Source of the DNA: Lama guanicoe
Taxonomy: Eukaryota
NCBI GenBank assembly: GCA_013239625.1
Contig: MU053487.1
Coordinates: forward strand, 1,633,058 to 1,697,057
Reading direction: 5' to 3'
Length of the DNA stretch: 64,000 bases
The position numbers and the translations under genes were made by a program. This document shows positions 25,201 through 37,047 of this stretch, piece after piece. The notes under the pieces were generated by a model. It worked only from the letters and a program-made list of their open reading frames with translations. It did not search any database and was not told the DNA's origin. The first letter of the stretch is position 1. Every line of letters starts with the position of its first letter.

Positions 25201-25989
25201 ACAACCTTACCCTAATTTTTTTCATAGCATTTACTAGAACTACACATATCATCTGTTTGATACTTTAATCTATATCTTAGCATATATGAACATGGCCACA
25301 GCTGTTGAGATTACATTGCTATAAAAAGTGGAAGGCACAACCCTGAATAACTGTTCATAACGTTTGTCATCAGGTATGGATGTCAATAAATGGAACTAAA
25401 AGGACATGGACATTTTCATGACATGGTTTATACTATTTATTTGTTGTCTATTCATGGGGTTACTAATTGAGCTGGTAAAAGTTGATTTTCTCCTCTTCAG
25501 TTTATTGTGGGATGGGGCGTTCATTGCACCAGATCCATAGTTATTCAGCATCTACAATTCAGAAGCTGAATTGCTGGATACTGTCAGAATGAGCTTTGGC
25601 AATTCCATGCAGGCGTGTACAACTATAATTTTGCTTCACATTAATAACAGCCTAGCGAGGAAGCCCAGAATCAAATGCCTTGCTCTCAGCTGGGGGCAGA
25701 AAGCCAGAGTGATATATCTTGGCTGGCGACCTATAATGTTGGAAAAGTAGGCTCCACATTCACTCAGGAGGGGTGGGCGGTGTTCCGGAAATGTATTCCC
25801 ATTCCTCCACTATTCCCCCTTTTTTTTTCTTTTTGGTAGTGTGTGCCTTGAAACAATGGGGAAAAAAAATGAATTACAGATAATAAAAATAGCACATCTC
25901 CAGAACGAACGGGAAATGCAGTGCTTTAATTTCTTCGGATGTCAACTCTGTGCCCTGCCCCATGCCCTAGCCTGCCCAGGTTTCTGGGG

Positions 25990-27340
25990 GCACCTCTGCG
26001 AGTCTAAATCAGCGCCCGGGTGGGCGGCGGGCTGGGCAGTCGCCCACTGGGAGTCCACTTGGCGCCGCACACCGAGACTTGAGGTCCTGCTGAAAGCCGA
26101 GCATCTCAGAGCTCTGAGGCTTCAGCTTCGTTTGGGTGGAGTAAGGTGTTATTGTTGCGGGATATTCTCTGCAGAGTTGGCTTGGAGAGTGAGCACCGGA
26201 GCAAAGGATTGTGCAGGGTTGGCCAAGTGTCCACCAGAGTCTGGAGGCGCCTGGGAGAGGTACGCGGGGGTCTCGGCCGGGGCGGGGAGTGGGGAGGCGG
26301 CATGGAGGGGCAGGGGGCGACGTGCCAGTTTTCTCTCTGATGAATGATGCTCGTGCGGCCGCGCTGGGCTCATGCGCTTTGTCTCCAGCCTGGGGGCCGG
26401 CTAGAACTGCCGGTGGGGGATGGATGGCACCGCGAGCACCAGGCGCACAGGGCAGGTGCCCGCGCTCCCACTTGGCCAACTCCGGCCGCGCCCCGTGGCT
26501 CAGGCCCGGCCCCCACAGGCTCCCGGCCGCGGCCATCTCCCGGGTGTGGCGGGTTGGGGGCTGGAGTCTGCTGGCCGAGCAGCTGCCGCGCCACATGCCA
26601 CCCGCGCTGCCTCCAGCTTGGGGCGGGGACCGGACGCGGCCGGGGCGCGTGGGAGGGCAGGGCGCTCGGAGGGGCAGATCGCGGAGGCGGGGAGCGGGAC
26701 ACCCGGACCCAGGGACGCCCTGAGCCGGCTGGCTCAGGGTGGGACTGAGAGTGACAGAGCTTCGGACAGGTGGGAGCAGTTAGACAACTGGAGGCGCGGA
26801 GACCAGCAAGCAGGGAGAGGGAGGGAGAGGAAGGGGAAGGAGAGAGGAGGCAGAGGGAGAGAGAGAAGCAGCCTCATGCTCCCTCCCTACAGACGCCCTC
26901 CTCTGTCCGAGGGAAACGGCCAGGGGCACTGAGTGGAGAGCGAAAAAGATGAGGGTGCAGACGACGACGGGAAGAGGCATCCTGCCTTGCTAGTGGGACT
27001 GCGAGGTGCGGAGGAACTGACAGGCCGACGCCGGCACAGATAGACCGCACAGCCCTCGCGAGGGGCGGTTTGGAGAGCGAAGCGCAGGAGTGCAAGAATC
27101 CCGCGGGCGGCTGCAAGGCTGAGCGACAGGCAGACAAAAGTGCCCGGGGACAGACTGGCAGACAGGAGGCGGGGGCGCGTTCGCTCTCCGCAGCCAGCTG
27201 GGCAGAGAAGGCGGCGGCGCCCCGGAGCGCGTCCGGAGCAGCGAGGAGCAGCAGGGACCGCGGCTTCTCCCGCCGCTGAAGCCACCGCTGTCCCCGCAGC
27301 ACTGGCCGCTGCAGCCCAGCTGACGCCGCAGACAGCTCTT
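25990..27340. promoter_or_regulatory. CpG island promoter
   Basis: About 1.35 kb of very GC-rich, CpG-dense sequence in an AT-rich, CpG-depleted background. Several GGGCGG GC boxes (near 26280, 26621, 27063); no obvious TATA box. Confidence 0.92.
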
Positions 27341-27517
27341 TTTACTAGCAGTTAAATAAATCGACCAAAAATAACAGTAATACTAATAAGCCAAGCCAAG
27401 CCAAACCAATATAGCCAAATCGATCAGTGAGAAACAATACTATTAATAAAAGCCAAAAACTAAATCAAATCAATCAAGGCACCAAGACGCTGGGGGGATA
27501 TCCACTGTTCAGTCAAG
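26810..27517 (+). other. Probable non-coding first exon (5' UTR) of an unidentified gene; start coordinate uncertain
   Basis: Lies at the 3' half of the CpG island and ends at a donor-like AAG|GTAATA (27517/27518), followed by an abrupt switch to T-rich sequence. No ATG on + between 26952 and 27517. Confidence 0.55.
26812..26868 (+). repeat. GA-rich polypurine tract
   Basis: 57 bp of purines with one C (26851). Confidence 0.9.
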
Positions 27518-30500
27518 GTAATAATCAAGGTCTTCCGACGTGAATGTTTTTTGTGATTTTTTTTCCTTCTCCTTACTGTGCTTTTCTTTAGAATTGTTCC
27601 CTGCCTGCATTTCTCCTTCGTGTTTGTAGAAAGCTGGTATTATACATGTATGGTACTTTAATGTTTTCTCAAAGGAGGGGTAAGCTCCCCCTCCCCCAGA
27701 TGAGGCAAAAATGGTAAGCTGGGAGAGAATTGTAAAGGGCAAGTCTCTTCATTGAGCAGTCTACAGTGATTTTTGCAGGTTTCTCCCTAGAAAGTTTGGG
27801 ATGCTCTTGTTTCCATTTGAAAGAGGCTATGCAAGGGGCCAGAAGTTGTCACCTGTTTGTTGTCCTCACAGGGCTTGAGGTCCTGGCTCCTAAGGAGTTT
27901 CAGGAGAAAAGATGTTCAGTTTTATTTTGAGGTGTTTGAAATCTGTATTTCATTGCCAAGTCCAAATTTAATGTCTTCCATTTCAGGTCATAGATATGAT
28001 GGTAGAATTGTGTTGAATTAGACAGGTGTTTAGAAAGTTTCTTCGGAAGAGAAATTGACTCACGGGATATTTATGCATGGAAATAGAGCTGGAGTGAATG
28101 TGGTTGCTGTTGGCTCCTGGGGTTCAGTACTTGATCACCTCTTCATGACACAGGATAAGGACAGAGACCAAGCCTAAAAGGAAAAACAAAGAAGAAATTG
28201 AAAGTTACAGGGATGGGAAGCTAGTAAGTACACTGTAAGGCTGGTAGAAATCACTTTCTCAAGAGTGTGTTTAGAGTGCAGATACCCATTTTAATTTCTG
28301 ATTAAATGACATTCAAACAAAAATGATGTTCCCAGAGTTGGAGTGAATCTGTAGATTTCACTCAAAAGCTGGATAAATCCAATCTACTTCCTCCTCATTC
28401 ACTTTGGAGATCAAAATGGCTATGATTGTTTTAAGAAAACAGAGAAATGGAGGTGACAGGATATCATTTTTCATTCGGTGAAAGTTTGGAAATCTTTGAC
28501 ACTTTAAGATAAATGCACCTACTCCTTTGATCCCCTGCATTTGTGTTACCACCGGGTTTGCATGTCTTCATAGGATTTTAGTTCATGTCATTTTCACAGG
28601 AGACTGTCATTTGGAAGTGTAGAGCGCTAGCTGTGTTTTGTACAAGTAGCCGACTAGTCTACCACCTTGGCAGTAATTGTTTCTGCTGCCCTTCCAATGT
28701 GGATCGAATGTGAGAAATTATATATGTACTCTTTACAGGTTTATATGGATTCTTAAGGTATGTATTTGTGTTCTATCCTGTATTTCCTTTCTTATCACTT
28801 TCTTAAACTTCTTATCACTTCAATTCACAGAATATTTTTAAATTTTCTGGACAGTGAGTTTAGACTATTCTTTAAGGAATATGCTTCCTCACAAAAGATG
28901 CAAAAGGCTAATAACCTACTACTACCCTTGCTTATTAATACTATTATCTCTTTTAAAGTAATTTGGTTTAAATGCAATTTTAAGACATTTAGACTGCTGT
29001 GCGTAGATGTCTTAATTTACCCTCAGTGGACATGATTTTTGTTATCTGACAGTGTAAGTTGCTGTAGATGAATGACTGTTCCACAGAATACTTTCTTTAG
29101 GTGAGGCATATTTAAAGAAACTTACGTAGCTCTAGGAATTGACTTTCAACTTCTCAGTGACTTAAATTCACTACACACTGATTTCTCTTTTCCTGTACTC
29201 AGCTCAGACGGAGACAGGTTTGTGTGTGCCACCAGATTTGCAAATTGCTGATCTCCCAGTGACTTTCCCTCTTAGATACCAGCCGAGAATGGTTACCTTG
29301 AGAACTGTGGCATTAGCCTTGTTAGAGCATGCTCCACAGGGGACTTCTGTGCAGTCTATTTTTAATGCTCTTTAATGAAGGAGCAAGCACCTCACTCAGC
29401 AATACAGGAAGCATGATGGAAGACAGAGCAGTGCATGGTTATGGATACTGGAGAAGGCTTTTTGGAAAGATACAGACTGGCTACTGGATATGGTAATTTT
29501 ATTTAGTCCTAATGTACTAACAGAAATCAGTTCATTTTAGTGAGAGAATTACACATGAATAGTTTGATATGTGTTTCCATCAACCCCTTCAGTAATTCTT
29601 AGAAAGAAGACTTAATAATTTGAGTGCCTAAAAACTTAGGGCAGATAGTAACTAGGGAATTCCTTCACATATACTATTTTTAATACAAGCTGTCAGATTC
29701 TTGGGTGGTAAGAAATGCAGAAATAACTTCAGATTGCTAAAATACTGTCCTCGGGAAGGGTTTGGAGTTTGTAAAATGCTCCGGGCATAAAATGAGTAGC
29801 ATCCTTCTAAGATATGATGAAAACTTGAAACTCTGCCTTGTAAATTTGTTTTTCATTTTCTTTTATAAACCTGAAGTCTAGGTCAAGGATTGTGACAACA
29901 AAGTGAAGCAGGAAGTTTTGGTTGAACTTGATAGAATATTTGAGTTGTTTTCTCTCCTTACTTTGAGATAAGCACAATAGATTATCATACCGAAGGTTAA
30001 ATATTTTTAAAATGTAGATAGCAGAGGCAGCACTGGTAATTTTTGGAATCTCATAATGAGGGGGGACATATCTTATAATGCGTAAAACATATAAAGCCAT
30101 CTGTCTGCAACATTTGCATATATGCGGAACACCTGTCTCAAGGTAGAAAGTGAGTGTGTTCAATCAGAAAGGTCTCTGCTGTTCATTTTCATATTAATGA
30201 TGTACTACAATCCGGTTACTTATTTGTATAGAGTGAAGCTAATTAGAAAAATGCCTATGTAGTTTCAAAAGTAATAAACATAAGGGAAAGTGAGAAGTTT
30301 TGACTAAGTGGGTAATTGAGTCATATAATTGTTGTTAAATGAAGCTGTTAGAACAAAATGCAAAGTTATTCTGGATCTTTTCAAGTTTCAGGAGAAATAA
30401 TTCCCCTTCCTCCCCCCGTCCTCGCCCCCCCTCAAATAAACTACCAAGGGAAATTCACTGTGAAGAGATAGTGTAATTAATTGTTGTTGCTGCTTGTGTT

Positions 30501-33500
30501 TTGCACCTTGTACTTCTAGATGGAGAAAGTCATCTGCATGGGTTGTAATACTTCCCTCAGTGGTCATGCTCTTTGGACCACAATGCTGATGCCTTTCTCA
30601 AGATTCTCCAGGCAGTGGGAAGTCTCATCTGAATTCAGTGTGTATTTTGTCTGTGGACAAGGTAGTGATAAGCTACACGGGTAGAGGGTGGATGAGTCAG
30701 CCACTGAAGATACAATATACAGTGTAGCCAGAAGCGGGTATGACTGAGCATTCTCATTAGGATGGGGAGACAATCTGAAGTCCATACGGTTGGAAATTGC
30801 AAGTGAACCATTTGTATATGAGTTAGTTTAATTCACATCGGCTTTGCGACAAGGTTGAGAAAGAACATGGGGCTTAGAAGTGATGTCGACACTGAAAGCC
30901 ATTTCTTCAGATGGTAAGTACTGGGACCGTGCTAACTGGTACCACACAGTGGTCACCTCTTTAGAAATGAGTGCATCTCTAATCTGAGAAAGAACTGGCT
31001 TCCTTAAAAATGCATTATGTCATCTGGAAAGTTCTGAACATATTTTCAGCCAGTGATGATGAATTTATAAAATACATACTTCCTCTCTTTAGACAAAGGA
31101 TCTTTATTTTTTTAGGAAATTGGTGGTTCCAGAGGCTCTACATTTCGGCTGACTTTTGCTTTCCTTTATTTTTTACTCTCACATTTAAAGTTAAATATGA
31201 TAGATGACTACAAGCAGTGATATAAGTAAATGTTGAAGAACTACTGAAAGTATAAGAAAAATATTAACAAGCTATATCTGTGACTGGATTTGTTTTTCTC
31301 GACTATATTTTCTTCTGAGTGCTAGTTTCCTTTAAGGTATATTTATGCCAAGTTGTAATAAACTGATTTTTTTCAGTGCCTCAGAGTCTTATAATTTAAA
31401 TCAGTTTTGCTCATCTTGGATTAAACTTGTCCTTGGATGTTCAAAGTATCTGTTACTTGTATTTATGTCACAACCGTTTTATTTCTGTAAGGATTAGATG
31501 GGAGGTGAGATACAAAGTATTTAAATTACATACATTAATATAACATGCTGGATGAAGCTCTTGAGATAGAGTATCAAGTTTATTCAGAATTTTAAAATTT
31601 TCAGTAGCATTGTTATCTTGTGCTTTCAAAATCCTCTGTAGTCTGGTGATACTTTCGGAAAACATAAAATGCCCGTATAGCATCTTGAATGTACCTTTCT
31701 CTAAAATTACTGGGACATATCTGTGCCCTGGGGAGTAGTTTTGCAGGTAAATCAAAAAGTGAATTGAAATAATTATATTGGGACAATTGAGGGGGGATAT
31801 CGAAAAAACAAAAGAATTGTCTTATATACACCAAACTGACTGTACTTTCAAACTGAGCCTTTAGCATCGTATTCTATTCTGTTCTTGCTGCCAGCGTGGA
31901 TCTTAGTATCACCAGGTGGAAAGACTGTTAATCACGGTCTATGGCCACAGTAGATCAATATTTTAAATTCCTAAACATACTTTCCTCAAGAAAATGTCTT
32001 CTGGCAATTTTTTTTTTTGTAACTTCCACTTAATAGACATGTCAATGCCACAAGTTATGTAAGATTTTTCAAGTTCTGTAATCAAGTGATATCTATTAGG
32101 ATAAAATTGCAACTGTGGCTTATTAAAAAGCCAGAAAATTAATCCAGTGTTGTCTCACTCAAGGCACAAGTTCATAATTATCCCTCCGTCATGAATTCAT
32201 AAGACATTTTTAAAATAATATACTATGCAGTTGTTCCTTTTTTCTAGCAACAGAAAAAATAATTTCATTTTCTTCAGGTAGAGGGGCGAGGTGTCCACTA
32301 GTAATCCCTTTAAAAATCAGAACTCTTACCATTTTCTCACCTCTCACCCGCCTCAAAATGATACAATCATTCTTAAATTAAATTGTGATCCACAACAAAT
32401 ATTAAGATATTAAGATTTGTGTTGATAAAATCACTTCTGTAAATAATAACACTGGTTGTAATACAAGTAAAAACAATGGTTTCAGTTGAAAAGAAGGATT
32501 TAAGATTTTTAACAGGGAAACAATTACGTCACTTTTTATTTCCAGTATTTTGGCAAATTTTGTGGAGATTTATTTGGCATACTGTGGTTAATGTTTCTAT
32601 GCAAAATCCATAATACAATATACAGTCTTTTATCAGCGAGGTTTTTTGTTTGTTTGTTTGTTTGTTTTCCATTGAGGTGAACTCAGAAGGCTAATTGACT
32701 TGGATAAACTCAGTCATCTCTCTCTGCTGTCCACACCAGACAGGACATCCGTGTTTGTGACAGGGACTTCCAAAAGAACTCGGTGATTTCTCAGCCTAGT
32801 ATGTCATGCTGGGACTCTTTTAATAATGGATACGCATTCTTCTGCACCTGCATTATCGTTAGTTGCCTCTTTACTAAACAGTAAACACTTAGGAATGAGG
32901 ACTCTAGGGAAGCAGAAGCCAGAGGAATGGTGCTCGATCGTCCCAATGTGTATTTAGCAGATTTTCTTCTATTGCCAGGATACAGTACTCACTTTGAAAC
33001 AATCTAATCCATAGAATCATACGTTAAAGGGGGGAAAATGCATATTAACGTATTTTGATCTGGTTGAAATGGAGAATCAACAACAATAATTGAGGTAACC
33101 TATTTCAGCATCTTTAGAGAATAAAATAGAACATCAATTTCTAAAAGTTTTATGATCCTTCAAGTCTACATATAATATACCTTGACACGTCAGTCAGAAG
33201 GCCCAGCTGTCATCTACTTTTTGTCACTTGAGTTGCTTTCAGGTGATTTCATCAGTGTCACCCAGATCTGGGAGAATCCAACCATGGGTCAGCAGGGAAG
33301 GGAAGAGGGGCTTGACGACTCACCGAAATTCAGGGAGTTCACATAACTGTTTAACATACTTGCTCGTACTCGCAGTAGGAAAGTAAAACGCTATCAAATT
33401 GTTCTTGGCGGCTTTTTATATACATTTCTAAAGCCACAAGCTCAAATCCCCACATAATGTTCTAATATTTATTGATAAGAAAATATCTGTACTCTGCATC

Positions 33501-36239
33501 GACATGTTTTTCTTAGCATTTTGCTTGTTAATGTGCATGCAGCTTTGGTGGAAATCCCACTGTTGCTATCATCTGACTTAATTTAATCATCAAAGAAAGC
33601 TGCTAGAAAACAAGTAGATTCCATGTGCGTATGTGACAGACTCAAGATTTCAGCATCCTTTGCAAGCTTCACGTACTCACTACATCTTTAAAACTCAATT
33701 TAAAGAAAAAGAGTGTCAGAAAACCTTTTGGTTGGAAATGGCACTTTCTTTTTTTTTTTTTAAAGAAAGAAGATTAAGATTTATAGTCAAAAAATGACTC
33801 TTTAAGCCAACGAAGTTGTGTTCATAGTTGTGAACATAGTTGTGTTCAAGTTGCAGTTGAGTTCTGCCAAATGACTCAGTTGTCAGGGCTTCACAGTCAT
33901 GTCTGTGATCCTATTTATTTTATCTGGCTTATGGGAATGACTGAGCTAACCCTTTTGAATTATAGTTTTGTATTTGTTTATTTTAAATTTCCTTGGATAT
34001 GGTGGTATTCCAAGAATTGTAGGAAATTACCAAACAAATGGCATCACACTAAAGACGAATTCAGAAATCCCACTGGAAACAACTAGTTGGTATTAGTGAC
34101 GCGTCATTTTCCACCCCCTCCTCACTCTGGTGCTTATTTAACTTCGGTCACAGCACGTATTTCCTTTGTGAAGATTAAAATCTTTCTCTAGCCCTAAAAT
34201 TTTCCCATAATCACAAAAAGAGTTTTGGAAAGATGAAATAACACCGCATGCCATCATGATGCGTGCACACTACGGTTAAGCACCCTAAAGGACAGGACGC
34301 CTTTACCTCTGATTATTATTATAATTATTATCTTCATCCAGAACCATTTGTGACTTAGGTTTTAGTGTTTTTGTTTTTGTTTTGGAGCATCAAGAGGTGG
34401 GGAGAATATATGTATTTAAATGTGAGAGAGTGTATATATTTTTTAAAAGTATACATACTCCAGGACAAAGAAGTAAATATCCTTCCAAGAGGGATATTAT
34501 TTTACTGCACAAATGATCACAGTGTCTGCATTGTTTGTCAATATGATGTCCGAAGCTATAGATAGATATTTTGAACTCAGGAGCTTCTGATCCAAGGTCA
34601 GGTTAAAACTAAGAAGGGGTGGGGAGTGTGCTTAGGATGCACGAGATTCTGGGTTCAACAAGAGTAAACAAACAAACCAACCTAATTATCCTCTGGCCCT
34701 CCCCCAAAAAAGTTAAAAATAAACAATTAAGGGAGAGGTGTAGGCGGGAGTATGCTGCAGCTGATCCGAGAGGGGGCAGGTGACTGCTGTGCGCACTCAG
34801 GGAAGACCTTACGCAGAGGTGCGAGGGCCTCCATGGGATTCTGCAGGTCAGAGGAATGTCCGAAATTTGGATTAAAATAAAAGTTCCGGAAAATAAAGTC
34901 TAAATGTGGTGGCATATCCAAATCTCACTGCTCCAAATTTTGCCTTGATAAATACACAGTTTACCACCTGAACAAGCAGTCCGGGTGTTTGGTTTCCAAG
35001 TAAATAAGGAGGAGTGTGTCTGTGGCCAAGACTTCTCTGTGCCTCATATTTTCTGCAGGTCTAAGAGTATAGTTACACCAGTCAGATCTAAACAAATGAC
35101 TGGTTATGGGACTTTTGCGATTTTGTTAACTCCTCATTGCTGCAGTCTTCTCATTTATAATGGAGGACAGATGAGGCCTACTTTGCAGGATGGAAGCAGA
35201 AAGAAAGTACCTGGCCCCCAGGTATTACTCACTACCAAGCAATCATCATCTTTCCATGTAATAAAAGTTTAGAGAGAGATTTAACGTGGTTACGTGATTA
35301 AGAAAAACTTATAAGATTTTTTGGGGGGCGGTGGTAATTTGGAGCACAGCTCTCCTCTGTTTCCACCCCATGTACATTTTTGCTGGCTAAAATCGGAGAC
35401 GAGCCTTACTCTCCCTGTGCCTGTGCAGTGTCAAAGGCCAGGCTGAGGCAGGAAGTGCTCTCGGAGGTGTGCACAGTCTCAGGGTTGAGGGGCTTGATGT
35501 GGTCGTCATCTTCTGTCAGTATCTCGGGGAGGGATGGCCCACTTCAGAACTGCCTGGAGGTGAACGTTTAGGAATTGTTTCCCCAGAACCTTTTAGTTGT
35601 GTAATTTCTACCATCCCAGAGGGTGGCTGAAGAACTGAATCATTGAATATGAAGGGACTGAGTGGATCCACGAAGGAGTAGCCCCGAGCCCTGCACTAAT
35701 GGCAAGAGGCAGGAGCTGCAGGTCTGGGTGGCTTGGGAGCTGGAAGTGTTTCCCAGGGGCCTCTGTGACGTCAAAGCAGCCGGAGGGTCGGGCCTGCTGG
35801 TGCGCTCTCCCGCCCCCAGAAGGCTCCGCTTTCCTGCCTCCCATCACTGTGTGAGCTATGTGGACTGGGCAGCCGATAGGACCTCTGGTTCTAAAGTACC
35901 TTCACTTCTTTTCCCTAGAATGAAGCATTTTGGCACCTGTGTAAAAATAGTCAGGGGTGGGGCAGACTTCTCTCACAGTGGGGGTTTAATCAGTTAGTCC
36001 CCCGTCATAAAGTGGAAAACCGTAAGTCACTTTTAGTACAGAAGCTGAACCATGCGAAGCAGTAAGTTCATCGGATAACCACATTTTATTTTTTATTGTA
36101 ATTAAATTTCAGCCATTCTTCTGAGAGTACAGTTAGAAAGTTATCCCATGAAATTTCATAGACGATATCTGAGAATAGATGTATAATTCTTTGGTATTCT
36201 AATATTTGCTGGAAAACAAACAAGGGAAAGGGTAGATAG

Positions 36240-36470
36240 ATTACATATGTATATATACATATACACACATACATATATAATATGTTATACATGTAACACA
36301 TTTATAATATACACATGCATGATATACATACATCATATGCACATATGCATATAGGTATGTGTATATATCTAGAATATATACATACATAATACCTACATAT
36401 ATATGTATGAAAATATATACGTACATAAATAATACACATACATATGTACATATATGTGTATCTAGAATCA
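36240..36470. repeat. (TA/CA)n low-complexity tract
   Basis: Read directly; it generates the spurious Y/I/V/C-rich ORFs at 36086 and 36241. Confidence 0.9.
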
Positions 36471-36549
36471 GCATAATAGACATGCTTAAATACTAGTCAT
36501 TTAACTAACTCTCATTAAGGGAAAAAACAAATTTAGCTCAAAAAGCATA

Positions 36550-37047
36550 CAGGTATACCTCAGAGATGTTACAGGTTCAGTTCCAGATCGACCACCTCAA
36601 AAAGTTAATATACAATAAAGCTTGTCACGTGACTTTTTTGTTTTCCCATTGCATATAAAAGTTATATTTATACTATACTACAGTCTATTAAGTGTACAGT
36701 GTCAGTATTTCTTTAAAAAAAGTACATACCTTAATTTAAAAATACTTGATTGCTAAAAATTGCCAACCGTCATCCCATACTTCAGTTGGTTGTAATCTTT
36801 TTGCAGTAGCTGTGACATGAAAAATCACTGAGCACAGATCACCATAACACATGATGATAAAGAAAAAGTTTGAAATATTGTGAGAATTACCAGAATATGA
36901 CACAGAGATACGAAGTGAACAAATGCTCTTGGAAAAATGGTACCAATCACTTGCTTGACGTAGTAGTGCCACAAAATGTTATTTTATAAAAAACGTGATA
37001 TCTGCAAAGCACAATAAAATGATGCACAATAAAACAAGTTCTGCCTG
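36550..37047. mobile_element. Tigger1 internal-deletion derivative (TcMar DNA transposon)
   Basis: Both Tigger1-like ends are present (caggtatacctcagagatg... and ...aataaaacaagttctgcctg), with TA at 36548-36549 on the left. Only ~500 bp, so no transposase. Confidence 0.9.

Noticed and set aside
27270..27305. REST/RE1 site
   Set aside because: Only half-site matches (GGACAGCG on the minus strand), without the left half at canonical order and spacing. Other cggacag hits at ~26763 and ~26903 also lack it.
25841..27355. Many overlapping 110-195 aa ORFs on both strands in the CpG island
   Set aside because: G/A/R/P-rich with no recognisable domain, open in many frames at once, and many begin at GTG/TTG. 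This is expected from stop-codon scarcity in GC-rich DNA.
26810..27517. Assigning a gene symbol to the promoter and first exon
   Set aside because: No coding sequence is present and I do not recognise the UTR with confidence. BLASTN against RefSeq RNA would settle it.
32262..32283. ttcttcAG|GTAGAG as a recursive splice site
   Set aside because: The donor half is weak and such AGGT motifs are frequent by chance.
36086..36483. Y/I/C/V-rich ORFs
   Set aside because: Translation of (TA/CA)n low-complexity sequence.
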